This document shows, piece by piece, positions 9,903 to 20,117 of a stretch of DNA of 64,000 nucleotides (position 1 is the stretch's first letter; the number at the start of each line of letters is the position of its first letter). The position numbers were made by a program, and so were the translations under genes. Under the pieces are notes generated by a model. That model was not told the origin of the DNA and ran no database searches. It saw only the letters and a list, made by a program, of their open reading frames with translations. The DNA is from a bacterium (lineage in GTDB: Bacteria; UBA8248; JACPRG01; G963555815): NCBI GenBank assembly GCA_965261595.1, contig CBDHDG010000004.1, positions 608,001 to 672,000 on the forward strand. Direction: 5' to 3'.

Positions 9903-10900
9903 CCGCGCTTTCCCCCCATATCAGCAAGTTCCTGTACGAATATCTGCCGCGCGATCGTGGCGCGAGTCAGCATACTATCGATAGTTACTCGGTGAGCTTC
10001 CTACAGTTCATTGACTTCGCCGAAAACAGGCTTCGCGTTCGGGCTTGTACGCTCACGATCGAGCAGTTGACGGCCGAAGTCATCCTCGACTTCCTCGAAC
10101 ACCTGGAGCGGGACCGAGGAAACACGATTGGAACACGCAATGTACGGCTGGCCGCGATTAAATCCTTCTTCCGATTTCTCGAGCATCGGGCGCCGGCATG
10201 TCTTCACTTGGCAGCCCAAGTCCACGCGATTCCGCTTAAGCGCCGCAACCAACCATTGGTCGACTACCTCGACCACAATGAAGTACAGGCCGTGCTTGAC
10301 GCACCGGATCCGTCGACGCGTGCGGGAATACGCGACCGCGCGATGCTCCACCTTGCCTATGCGGCTGGACTGCGAGTGTCGGAGTTGGTGGGCGTTACAT
10401 GCCACGATCTCGAGCAACCCGGTCTCAACCTCGTCCGCATCCGCGGAAAGGGGCGCCGCGAACGCGTACTCCCACTGTGGGCGCAGACACGATCGGTGCT
10501 CCGGGACTGGCTCGCGATACGTCCTGAGGCGACCAGCCCCTACCTGTTCCTCAACGCCCGCGGGGTGGTCATGACCCGCCACGGCTTCGCTCACCGTCTG
10601 AAGCGGCATGCGGACACTGCTCGGCGATCAGTACCGTCGATCGCTACCAAGCGCATCACCCCCCACGTGCTTCGGCACAGCTGCGCCATGAATACCTACG
10701 AAGGCGTCGGCGACATCCGCAAAGTCTCGACCTGGTTGGGTCATGCAAGCGTCCAAAGTACGGAGATCTATGTCCGGGCAGATCCATTGGAAAAGCTCGA
10801 CATACTTGCTGCACGACGGCCTCCGTCGATCCGCAAGGGGGTCTTCATCGATGCGAGGGACCGGTTGATGAGGATACTGAACGAAGACAAGCTGAAATAG
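9899..10900 (+). CDS. Tyrosine recombinase, RitC-like
   Basis: RGASQHTIDSY, GLRVSEL, GKGRRER, TPHVLRHS, WLGHASVQSTEIY. Confidence 0.9.
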   Translation: MTALSPHISKFLYEYLPRDRGASQHTIDSYSVSFLQFIDFAENRLRVRACTLTIEQLTAEVILDFLEHLERDRGNTIGTRNVRLAAIKSFFRFLEHRAPACLHLAAQVHAIPLKRRNQPLVDYLDHNEVQAVLDAPDPSTRAGIRDRAMLHLAYAAGLRVSELVGVTCHDLEQPGLNLVRIRGKGRRERVLPLWAQTRSVLRDWLAIRPEATSPYLFLNARGVVMTRHGFAHRLKRHADTARRSVPSIATKRITPHVLRHSCAMNTYEGVGDIRKVSTWLGHASVQSTEIYVRADPLEKLDILAARRPPSIRKGVFIDARDRLMRILNEDKLK

Positions 10901-10983
10901 AAATGGGAAGTTGCTTCGGTCCCTAATCCGCAGTCCACGGGGCCGGAGCACACCCACTCTCCATTACGCGGGAATCGCCATTA

Positions 10984-11081
10984 CAGACGATGGCCGGCTG
11001 GCGGGACTCGACCAGCAGGGTGAGGGTCTTGGCGAGCTCGCTCGGACGAAGCGTGTAGTCGGCGGAGATGGTGTCGGTCAT
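10984..11081 (-). pseudogene. N-terminal fragment of a probable AAA/MoxR-like ATPase disrupted by the RIT element
   Basis: GGAG RBS + MTDTISADYTLRPSELAKTLTLLVESRQPAIV ending at the RIT end, where a P-loop would be expected (inference). Confidence 0.5.
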
Positions 11082-11260
11082 GGGCAACTCCGGAGAGAAG
11101 GGAGATCGAGGGGAGGACACCCCCTCGGGCGTCCGGCCTTCGCCCGATACCCGGCCCGACTCCGGCTCTCGGCGGCGAGGATCGCTTACGGGGAGAGGAA
11201 AGAACCAATGGGGACCGAACGGGTGTCCGGTCGAGGGGGAAATCGTGAGGGCTCCCGGAC

Positions 11261-11935
11261 CTACGGGACGGTCACGGGCTCGACGCAGCGGGGGTCGTCG
11301 TTCGAGGGCTTGTTGACCAGGGTGCTCACGGGGTGGACCGTCATCCCCTCCGGAGGACAGGGGCCGAGCGCGACGGTCTCGCCCGCCAGCCACGGTTCGA
11401 ACGCCTCCGGGGGCAGGATCACCGGCATCCGGTCGTGGACCCAGGCCACCGCCTCGTTGGTCGCGGTCGTCAGAATGGCGCAGGTCTCGATGGCCTCGCC
11501 CGGTCCCTTGAGCGCGCTCTCCTCCGGGACGGACCAGCGCTCCCACAGCCCGGCCAAGGCGAACAGCGCGCGCCCCTTCAGTCCGATCAGCCACGGTTGC
11601 CTGACCGCCCCCTGCCGCGTCCATTCATAGAACCCGTCGGCCGGAATGAGGCAGCGACGGTTCCGGTACGCGTCGCGGAACGCCGGCTTCGTGCCGACCG
11701 TCTCGGCGCGGGCGTTGATCAGCTTGTAGCCGATGTTGGCGTCCCTGGCCCAGCCGGGGATCAGACCCCAGCGGAGCATCGAGAGCCGGCGACCGTCCTT
11801 GCCCGAACGGACGACCGCGACGTCCTGACCCGGCGCGACGTTGTAGCGGGGCTTGAGGTTCACAGGCGGGCCGCTCAGGTCCAGAAAGGCCTGAACTTCC
11901 GGCCATGTACAACGTTGGGTGAAGCGTCCGCACAT
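11261..11935 (-). CDS. SOS response-associated peptidase (SRAP/YedK/HMCES family)
   Basis: N-terminal MCGRF, RYNVAPGQ, WGLIP, INARAET, GFYEW, HDRMPVIL. Confidence 0.95.
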   Translation of the reverse strand: MCGRFTQRCTWPEVQAFLDLSGPPVNLKPRYNVAPGQDVAVVRSGKDGRRLSMLRWGLIPGWARDANIGYKLINARAETVGTKPAFRDAYRNRRCLIPADGFYEWTRQGAVRQPWLIGLKGRALFALAGLWERWSVPEESALKGPGEAIETCAILTTATNEAVAWVHDRMPVILPPEAFEPWLAGETVALGPCPPEGMTVHPVSTLVNKPSNDDPRCVEPVTVP

Positions 11936-12194
11936 GGGGCGAGCCTATCAGTCTTTGCGGGGCCCGGCCAGATGGCTCCATATTCGGTTCGAACACGATA
12001 TGGGGATCATGTAAGGAGGAACACCGGCCGGTTCCGAGGCGCAGGCTCGTGGTGAAAGCGGGTCGAACCCGCGCGGACAGAGAGTCTAGCCAGGGAAGTG
12101 CCAAGACCGACGGTGACGGCGTGACGGACGCCACGGACGGTGCGAAGGCGGCAAGGTATTTGGCGTATGGGCGGTCAGCCATGGACGGGCACGC

Positions 12195-12863
12195 TTACCT
12201 TCGTGACCGCCGCCACCCCGCGGCCTCGGCCTGCGCCTCGGTGCAGAACCACCGCTCGCCCTTTGACGTGTCGATGCGGGTCCGGTCATAGGACCGGCCT
12301 CCCGGCACATGATAGATGCGCGAGCCCGTGCGGCTGATGTTCCCTTTGATGCGACACTCGCCGGCGCCGGTGCGAACCGCCCCCTGAAGACGCTTCCCCC
12401 GCCGCCAATCCCACGGGGGCACGAACGTCCCTCGCCAGAGCCCGCGACGATCGGCCTTCGCGGCCCTCTCCTGAGGAACGTAGTCGGTCGAGTATTTACG
12501 GTACGCGAGCGCCCAGCCCTGGGAGACCATCCACGCATTGACATCCTCGCCGGCCACTCGACACACCGCCACGATGTGCCCGTAGCGGTCGCGGTCACGT
12601 TCCTCGCATACGACCGGCCGTCCGGCGAGGCGCTTACGGAGCGCGATCGCGGCGGCCCTTCCGCAACTCCAGGGCTTGCCGTCAGACCGGCAGGTCTGAG
12701 CGCTCTCCGGCGCGTCGATGCCGTGGAGCCGGACCCGGTGACCGGAGACCTTGAGGCTGTCCCCATCCGTCACCGAGGCCGTGCCCGAGAGCTGGGCATA
12801 GGCTGCGGGGCAGAAGGCAGCGGCCAGGAGTCCGATGATGCAGGCTACGGCGAGATGTATCAT
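12195..12863 (-). CDS. Secreted thermonuclease (SNase) family protein
   Basis: Signal peptide; VTDGDSL, RLHGIDAPE, DRYG; C-terminal IKGNIS..IYHVPG..WFCTEAQAEAAGWR domain. Confidence 0.9.
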   Translation of the reverse strand: MIHLAVACIIGLLAAAFCPAAYAQLSGTASVTDGDSLKVSGHRVRLHGIDAPESAQTCRSDGKPWSCGRAAAIALRKRLAGRPVVCEERDRDRYGHIVAVCRVAGEDVNAWMVSQGWALAYRKYSTDYVPQERAAKADRRGLWRGTFVPPWDWRRGKRLQGAVRTGAGECRIKGNISRTGSRIYHVPGGRSYDRTRIDTSKGERWFCTEAQAEAAGWRRSRR

Positions 12864-13399
12864 GCCTTTTGGCCCTCCGGGCTCCGGTCAATTGTCCCGA
12901 GCGGTGACACGGACAAGAACTCAGCTCCTCGCGATGTGTCCTGGCGGGTTCCGGCGTGCGGCTGATGATGGCTCTCATTGTAGCCGTTACGGTAGGTAAG
13001 ATTTTCAAGCTTAGACAAGAATCGTCTTCGCGAACGAGGCACGAAAGTTTTGAATGCCATTCGCCGCACCTCGGCCTTCGGCGATCCTGGCATGGCGGGA
13101 CAGAAAACGTTGCAGGGTTTGACACTTTACTCCGGATTCCCTGCAGAGCGTCTGCGCTGCCGAGACTGAAGGTGCGAGGCATTGCTTTGTAGCCCCGGCT
13201 TTCCGCAAGGGAATGGGGACGGTTGAGCGTCGTCGTTTTGCCGATACCGACGTAACCGTGCCCGCCGATTGTACAGTCCTTTGACGAAAGGAATATCTTG
13301 ACCGCTTTTTTTGCCTTCCGTGAGCCGTTCCCGGTGGAGTAGGGCGGGTGAGCGCACCACTGGCCTCACATTTTTAGCAAGTCCTAGAGAACGGTGTTG

Positions 13400-13696
13400 T
13401 CCACATGCACCTCGGCAGAAGACATGTCAGCTACCCGTTTTCAGCCCTCAACTCGCGCAGACGACGGGTCCCGACACCTCCATGCCGCCTTCCTTTGACT
13501 TCCAGCGGTAGAAGGTCCGGTCCAATAAGCCATGGCGACGGCAGATCTCCTTTGCCGTGCCGCTAGCTTCATGCTCGCGTAGTAGACTGCAATCTTCTCT
13601 TCTGTAAACCGTTTCCGGTTCTTCTCAAGTTCTCTTGTCTTCAGTCTCTCCAAGAAAACTCACATTCGCACTGACCCTCATCATGTGAGAAGGTCA
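13400..13696 (-). mobile_element. Degenerate IS3-family remnant (orfA and left end)
   Basis: Frame-broken RKRFTEEKI / LREHEASGTAKEICRRHGLLDRTFYRWKSKEGGMEVS; minus-strand TG start at 13696; left boundary approximate. Confidence 0.65.
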
Positions 13697-13765
13697 ATCG
13701 GTCAGGAGCGCTGAGCCTAGAATGCACGGTGGTCTGCCATCAACAATGCACATATATTGGTTGGC

Positions 13766-14743
13766 ATGAAAGGAATTAGAAAAAGAACCGTCAATAAAGT
13801 TGCAGACATGATCTGCGGCAATGAAAGCGATTACTTCGTGTATAGAAGCAGCACTTATTTGTCGGAGTTTTTCGAAGACTGTGACATGGAGCAGTATGTT
13901 CACGACGGCTCGACCCGGAAATGGTGGGTCGCAGGCGTCCTCGACAAGATCCTGAAAGAACCGTCTGACAATCCTGCTCTACCTAGGGCGGGTTTTCAGA
14001 CCGTAATTCAAGTCCTGATGGATCGCGCGGACCACACTCAGGACGATCCTGAACGTGAGGCTGCGCTGGCGGAACTCAACGTGACGCTCGCACGCGAGGG
14101 GCTGGAAGCATTCTACGCCGAGGACAACTGCTGCTATATACGCAACACCAAGACCGGCGAGGAGGCGCGGCCCGGCCCGGTCGTAGCGCGTGCTCTCTCC
14201 CAGGACGAAATTGATCGCCGCCGACGCCTCGAGTCGTATATTGATGCGGCGAGCGAGGACGACATCACCGAAAAGGTAGTCTTTCCACTTTTTCAAACCC
14301 TCCGATTTCAGAGGATTACAATCGCCAGCCACAAGGGCAAGGCGATGGAGTTCGGCAAGGACCTATGGATGAAGTATTGTCTCCCCACCGGGCACTGGCT
14401 CTACTTTGGTCTGCAAGTGAAGCGCGGAAAGATAGATGCGACGGCGAAAACCAAGAATGAGAACGTCGCAACGATTCACCGCCAGCTCACCATGATGCTC
14501 GGACATGAGATATTTGATCCAGACATCAACAAAAAACGGCTTGTAGATCATGCACTCATCGTAGCCGGTGGTGAAATCACCAAGCAGGCCAAGCATTGGC
14601 TCGGAGAAAGGCTGGACGCCTCTCAGAGGAGCCAGATCCTGTTCACTGACCGGGCTGACATTCTTCACTTGTTCGTCGTCCACAACGTTCCAATGCCGGA
14701 CGAAGAACGCAGGGAGGAATTCGATGAAGACATTCCATTTTGA
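13766..14743 (+). CDS. Putative defence nuclease: helical N-terminal domain, PD-(D/E/Q)xK-like domain and SSB-like acidic tail
   Basis: SEDDITEKVVFPLF...EFGKDL...YFGLQVKRG resembles Mrr-type nucleases; ends EEFDEDIPF; lower GC than flanks. Confidence 0.6.
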   Translation: MKGIRKRTVNKVADMICGNESDYFVYRSSTYLSEFFEDCDMEQYVHDGSTRKWWVAGVLDKILKEPSDNPALPRAGFQTVIQVLMDRADHTQDDPEREAALAELNVTLAREGLEAFYAEDNCCYIRNTKTGEEARPGPVVARALSQDEIDRRRRLESYIDAASEDDITEKVVFPLFQTLRFQRITIASHKGKAMEFGKDLWMKYCLPTGHWLYFGLQVKRGKIDATAKTKNENVATIHRQLTMMLGHEIFDPDINKKRLVDHALIVAGGEITKQAKHWLGERLDASQRSQILFTDRADILHLFVVHNVPMPDEERREEFDEDIPF

Positions 14744-14769
14744 AACATCTCTGAAGATGTGAAGACGCG

Positions 14770-14990
14770 TAGCGCGCCGTGGGCCAGGATCGCGACCTCG
14801 ACCTGTTCGGAGATCTGGTTGGGATACGGAACCTTGTACCCGGCAGCCGGTCGATCAGGCCTTCGACGCCGTAGGTCTGATAGTTGCGCCGGATCTCGTA
14901 GAACTGCTGGTGCGAATTGCCCATGATCCGACACGCTTTGGAGACGTTGCTCATCTCGTTGGCCAAGTCACGCAGGCTCAGTTGCGTCGT
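14770..14990 (-). mobile_element. IS481-family transposase remnant
   Basis: LANEMSNVSKACRIMGNSHQQFYEIRRNYQTYGVEGLIDRLPG / PNQISEQVEVAIL; truncated and frameshifted. Confidence 0.75.
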
Positions 14991-15258
14991 GCTATCTTGT
15001 CCTTGGTGGTCAGTCGTTCTCTTGAAAGGTTGGATGTTGTGCAAAAACAATCGTCAACCACTCCGGGAGCGGTGTGGACACCGTCGGCGCACCAGACTCT
15101 TAAGGTCACGCCGACAGCCAAACAGGCAGGTGATGACCCTCTCAATGCAGTATATAAAGATGGTTGTCAGCTAAGGCTGGTGCCCAATAACTGCCGCTAC
15201 AGCAACGCAGGGATGATCTCACTATCCAGCATTATCAGGAAACACTGGCGGAACCGCA

Positions 15259-16323
15259 GTGCTAGCATCTGAAACGTTCGTCGCGTGCTCAAACTGCTTT
15301 ACCAACGAAGGACTGCGGTTGGATGCAGAACGTTTAGGTGCAAGCAATTCGTCGACTTGTCCGAGATGTACGACAACCGACGGTCGCAAGTTCACCAATG
15401 AGCAACTGATCATCCTCGCCCAGCACTTTTTTGTCTGGGGTTCTGTGCGTAAGTCTGAGTACGGAGCCGCACCATCCGTGCAGTTCAATGATAGTCGAGA
15501 GACGGACATCACCATGCCAAGATCACTTAACGCCGACGTTGCGCTACTGGAGGATGTCCTGGGCATAGGCTTCTTTTCCTATGGACCCCGATTTTGGATG
15601 TTCGGTGAAGTAGAACCCTTAAAACGCCTTCAACGAGAGGGGTCACGTAACGAGGTGATCGATAGGATTCTGCGGGAGTATGGTTCGAAGAAACTGACCG
15701 CACAAGATCGGTTCTATCGGATTCGGAAAGATCCTAGTGGACCCTCAGACAGTAGCCAATACGACAGCGCGCCAGCGAAACTCTCCAATGGCCGTCTCGA
15801 CACTCATGAATGGCCGGTCCTGTATGTATCGCCGGATCTACAAACGTGCCTGCATGAGTGTCGCGTTACTGCCGAAGACGAGCTGTTTGTAGCGACCCTC
15901 AGACCGACACGCGACTTGGAAATCCTGAATATAGCGGCTTTACTGGAGGAACCACAGGAGGTGTCCGAGTTCGAAAGCCTGGACTTGGCAGTGAATATGC
16001 TATTTCTGGCCGGAGATCATTCGTATCCGATTACGCGAGCCATCTCGCGGGCTGTTCGATGTGCTGGCTTCGACGGGCTTATGTATCCGTCTTACTTCAG
16101 CATGCTCAGGAATGGAGTGAAGCCCTTTGAAACGACATACGGGATATCGCACCGGCGAATTCCTCAATACAGGGAATTCGAGGAGTCTAAGATATCCACC
16201 AATTATGCCATTTTTGGTCGACCAATCGAGGATGGGTTACTCGAGGTCTCGTGCATTAATAGGGTGGTGCTTAGTACGGTTATCTACTCCTTTCACTTTG
16301 GACCGGTTTTCGATGCCCCTTAG
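15259..16323 (+). CDS. RES domain protein with N-terminal CxxC...CxxC domain
   Basis: FYRIR, NGRL...VLYVS...LHECR, FDGLMYPS (R, E, S motifs); CSNC and CPRC. Confidence 0.8.
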   Translation: MLASETFVACSNCFTNEGLRLDAERLGASNSSTCPRCTTTDGRKFTNEQLIILAQHFFVWGSVRKSEYGAAPSVQFNDSRETDITMPRSLNADVALLEDVLGIGFFSYGPRFWMFGEVEPLKRLQREGSRNEVIDRILREYGSKKLTAQDRFYRIRKDPSGPSDSSQYDSAPAKLSNGRLDTHEWPVLYVSPDLQTCLHECRVTAEDELFVATLRPTRDLEILNIAALLEEPQEVSEFESLDLAVNMLFLAGDHSYPITRAISRAVRCAGFDGLMYPSYFSMLRNGVKPFETTYGISHRRIPQYREFEESKISTNYAIFGRPIEDGLLEVSCINRVVLSTVIYSFHFGPVFDAP

Positions 16324-16699
16324 CATGCTGCCCGATTTCCTGGCATTAGTCGGTAAACTGCCCCGTTCGTTCCCGCAAAAAGATGATGCTGATGATTGGT
16401 TTATCACCGAAGCCGTGTAATGCGGTGTACGAAAACACGCCAAGCACGTGAAGACCTCATCCACACCAACTCGGCGGGTCTATGCCTAATGGCGAGCGGA
16501 CCCTACCTCGCTTGGTCCTCGCTCATTCTCCTCGAACGGCTCCCAGAACAGTTCTTCCTGCTGCTGGCGGTCACGCTAGGCCGATTCAGCTAGCGCTCGC
16601 GGGATTCGTCGTGTGCGGACCGGCTGAGAACCTGCTGCCCTTCAGGATATCGACCGCGATGCTCTTCAAGATGCGAACCGCGCTCTTCTTCACCTAGTC

Positions 16700-16835
16700 C
16701 CCCCACGAGATGCGCATTGCGCTCCGTCGTCTCGACCTCGGAATGGCTGAGAAGCCACCCGATCATCGGCAAGATCTGCCCCAACGCTAAGGCTCTTGAC
16801 ACGAAGCTGTGACAAAGATCATAAAGGCGTTCGTC
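16700..16835 (-). pseudogene. Degenerate tyrosine integrase C-terminal fragment
   Basis: RLYDLCHSFVSRALALGQILPMIGWLLSHSEVETTERNAHL. Confidence 0.75.
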
Positions 16836-17084
16836 ACGCGTTTGCTCTGGCTCGGACGATGCACCGGGAGGCGTCTTCACCAGACGTCTCTATTGATTAT
16901 AACCATGGCTGCGACAGGCATACGCCGGGTTTTGTCCGGAAGCATGCCTACAGCCTTCGCCCAGAATATCGGCCGCGATGCTCCCGGCGATCCGCTCCGC
17001 GGCCTCCTGCACCGAGTCCCGCGCCAAGTGGGCATAGCGCGCCGTCGTCTCGACTTGGTTGTGGCCCAACAGCTTGCTGATCAT

Positions 17085-18615
17085 GGGGCTGTTGAAAAAG
17101 CCGATTTCGAGACCGGTCGCATGCAGGATCACGTGGCGGCGGCCGCCCGCAAGTCTGTTCGGGGTGCGTAGGCGTGATGGACATGCAGCGGCTCTTGTCC
17201 GGCAACGCGGGCCGTCCAATCGGCCAATAGGATGGCAACAACGGCGGCCCCAAGCCGCTTGAGATTGATCGCCGCGGCCGTCAGGTAGGCCTGGATCTTC
17301 ATGTTGTCGAGACCGCGCCGGACCGCGCGCCCGAGGCCGTGCCAGAGCTTCGCCTCGCCGTGGAAGCCTTCCGAACGCCAGAGGTGACGTTGATACTGCC
17401 GCCGATCCTCCTCGCTCCATCGCGCATGCCGGCGCCGCGCCCTGAGCAGCGCCGGATAGTCATGCGGGAGCACCACCTCCTTGTTGATGCGCGTCTTCGG
17501 CAGACACTCGCCTTTGAGCGGACAGCGCGCGCAGTCGCTGGTCCTGGAATGGAAGAAGCGTCCGCGCCCGGTGACCCGCAATGGACGCAGGAGCTTTCCC
17601 CGCGGGCACTTCACGATGTTGTTCCGAGCGTCGTAGCGGAAGCGACGCAAGGGAACGCCGCTCCTAGACGGCTCTTTCCGCGCCGGGATGAGCGGATCGA
17701 TGCTGCGACGCTCAAGCCCGCCATAGACCTGGGCGTAGGCATAACCGGCATCGGCCGTCACCGTCGCGATTTCGCGTCCGGCGATCTCCCGAACCTCATC
17801 CACCTGCGCCTCGATCGTCTCGCGCTCGCTCACCGCTCCCGTCGTTACAGAAACGTCCAGTACCACGCCTCTCACATCATCGACCGCCGTGTGCTGCTTG
17901 TAGCACGGCTTAAGCCGCCGGTTGCACGCCGAGGTCGCCATGCTCGCGTCCGCATCGGTGCGGCTCACCTTCCTGGACTTACCGCGCCGACCGCCTCTGT
18001 TCTTCTCCCCTTCAACTTCCTCCTCCCCGCAGTTCTCCGTCATCACCTCATCCACATGCCGCTCGACCAAGCTCTCCCAGCTGACATCGGCGCGGACCAG
18101 CGAGGCATCGATGTGCACAACCTCGGCCGTAGCGACCTTCGCCTCCAGGCAGGCCCTCACCGTGCGCTGGAAAATCTCCCGGAACCGCCTCTCGCCCCAG
18201 CGCTGGCGGATACGGGTCAGGCTCGAATGGTCGGGCAGACGCTCGTGCAAGCCATAGCCGATGAACCACCGGATCGCGATGTTCACCTGCGCTTCCCGCA
18301 TCAGCCTGCGGTCGTGCACGATGCCCAGCAGCAGGCCGGCGAGCATCAACCGCACCGCCACCTCCGGATCGATACCGGGCCGACCGTTGTCCGGGCAATA
18401 GCAGTCCGCCACTTCCTCACGTAGCCAGCCCAGGTCGAGAACACGGTCCACACGCGCCAGTACGTGATCCTCGGGCACCAGCTGCTCAAGCGAGCCGGTG
18501 ATGAATAACGCCATCTGATCCCGCCCCTTCCGTCCCAACATCTCGTGGCCTCCCTGTCTCGAGCACTCAATATCGATACACGGAATCACAGAACCAGGAC
18601 TTTTTCAACAGCTCC
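17085..18615 (-). mobile_element. IS1182-family insertion sequence
   Basis: IRs GGGGCTGTTGAAAAAG / GGAGCTGTTGAAAAAG; 5-bp target duplication ATCAT (17080-17084, 18616-18620). Confidence 0.92.
17129..18541 (-). CDS. IS1182 family transposase
   Basis: GRPGIDPE, PDHSSLTRIR, HIDAS, TADAGY, CARCPLKGEC, SEGFHGEAK. Confidence 0.93.
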   Translation of the reverse strand: MLGRKGRDQMALFITGSLEQLVPEDHVLARVDRVLDLGWLREEVADCYCPDNGRPGIDPEVAVRLMLAGLLLGIVHDRRLMREAQVNIAIRWFIGYGLHERLPDHSSLTRIRQRWGERRFREIFQRTVRACLEAKVATAEVVHIDASLVRADVSWESLVERHVDEVMTENCGEEEVEGEKNRGGRRGKSRKVSRTDADASMATSACNRRLKPCYKQHTAVDDVRGVVLDVSVTTGAVSERETIEAQVDEVREIAGREIATVTADAGYAYAQVYGGLERRSIDPLIPARKEPSRSGVPLRRFRYDARNNIVKCPRGKLLRPLRVTGRGRFFHSRTSDCARCPLKGECLPKTRINKEVVLPHDYPALLRARRRHARWSEEDRRQYQRHLWRSEGFHGEAKLWHGLGRAVRRGLDNMKIQAYLTAAAINLKRLGAAVVAILLADWTARVAGQEPLHVHHAYAPRTDLRAAAAT

Positions 18616-19316
18616 ATCATCGGCAGACTCTCCCCCAACGCCAAGGCCCTAGACGCGAATGAATGACGGAGGTCGTGAATCGTCGCGGAAGCAAGGGTAG
18701 GAGACCCGGTTGCAGCCCGTTCCTGGTTGATGGCACTCGAAACTGTTGTGTTTCTTGATGCGCCCGCAGATGCCGCGAACCTCGCCCGGAATCTGCTTGA
18801 TGTCTGAGCGATTCCGCGCCAAGCTGCCAACGCCGCGCCGCACACATCGCGATTGCCATCACGAACGGCGTGACGTCCGCGACGAGGGTGCGGTTCATGC
18901 CTTCTACGCCTCCTATGGAAGAGCAGATTGCGGAGCTGGTTGAATAGTTCCTGCGGGAGAACGGTATTGTTCCGGAATGGAGATGAACCGCCTGGAACGG
19001 GATCGCCCGCGGCATTGGTTCGCGGCAACGGACGGCGCACCGGCAACGCGAGGGCGTTGGTCAACGCCATCATTGCGGCCCTCGCCGGCGGGGGGGGGCC
19101 GGGTTCGGGGCGGCTCCGGGCCGGAGTCCGAACGGCTACGATTCGCGCGGCCGATGGTCTCGAATCGGCGGAAACGGCGGATCGGCGGCGGCGCACGGCG
19201 TCAGGAGCGCGCCTCGATATGGCACGGCGCACCGTGTTGAAATAGTGTTGAACTTTACAGGAAGTCGTCAGTCAGGAAAGATAGAGAAACAGATATTAAC
19301 CTATAATATCAATGCG

Positions 19317-20117
19317 TTATACAATGGCCGTAAGCCGTGGGAAAAAGCGATCTATAAATTCCCAGCGCAACGTCAGGATCTCGCTCTTCCGGCATCCGGT
19401 CAGCAGCAGCAGCCGGAGCGCCGCAATCACCGGCGGCCACACCGAGCCGTCCGTTTCCGCGTCCCTCAACACACGGCCCAGCCGCCGGAACTCCTCCGGC
19501 GTCAGAAACCGCTCGCACGACCTCTCCTTGTAGCGGCGCACCGACCGGCACGGGTTCCGGCCGGGCGGCAGTCTTTCCCAGGCTTCCGCCAACGAGAACA
19601 TTCTCGACAGAACCTTGACCGTCCGGTTGGCCATTGCAGGCGTGTCACGAAGCCGGTGATGCAGCGCGGAAATCTCCCTTCGTCCTACCTCGTTGATTGA
19701 CATCGCGCCCAGGGTGGGAAGAATGTGCTTGCCGAGCACGCACCGGTACGTTGCAACGGTGCTCGGCTTGCAATGCACCTTGACATGGGTGCGCAGGAAC
19801 CGTTCGGACAGTTCGGCCAACGTGAGCTCCGGCTCGGGCGGCGCGGGCACGGGGTCCTCCCCCCGCTTGATGCGGTCGATGACCACGGCCGCTCGCTTCC
19901 TCGCCTCCTCAGTCGACATGTCCCCATGCCGTCCGAGGGTCACTCGCTTCGGTCCGGCCGGCCCCCGGGACTGCACTACGTAGACCTTGCGACCCGTGGC
20001 ATGGACACGCACCCCGAAGCCCGCCAGGTCCCGGTCCCAGAAGACGCCATCCTTGGCATCGACGGTGAGTGCATCCACGGTGCGTTTGGTGATCCTGAGC
20101 TCGCTCCTTCTGGGCAT
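19317..20117 (-). pseudogene. Tyrosine integrase with Arm-type DNA-binding N-terminus, C-terminally truncated
   Basis: WDRDLAGFGVRV, TLGRHG, TGCRKSEILTLRWE, then unrelated AT-rich sequence. Confidence 0.85.

Larger units (their letters stand above)
9769..10983 (+). mobile_element. Truncated RIT (recombinase-in-trio) element
   Basis: C-terminus of a middle recombinase overlapping (ATGA) a full third recombinase; candidate terminal repeat CATTACGCGGGAATCGCCATTA at 10962-10983. Confidence 0.75.
16890..18690 (-). pseudogene. Tyrosine integrase C-terminal region split by IS1182
   Basis: IHDLRHSFASRALALGESLPM (18616-18690) joins in frame to ISKLLGHNQVETTARYAHL (below 17085) once the IS and one target copy are removed. 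Confidence 0.85.
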
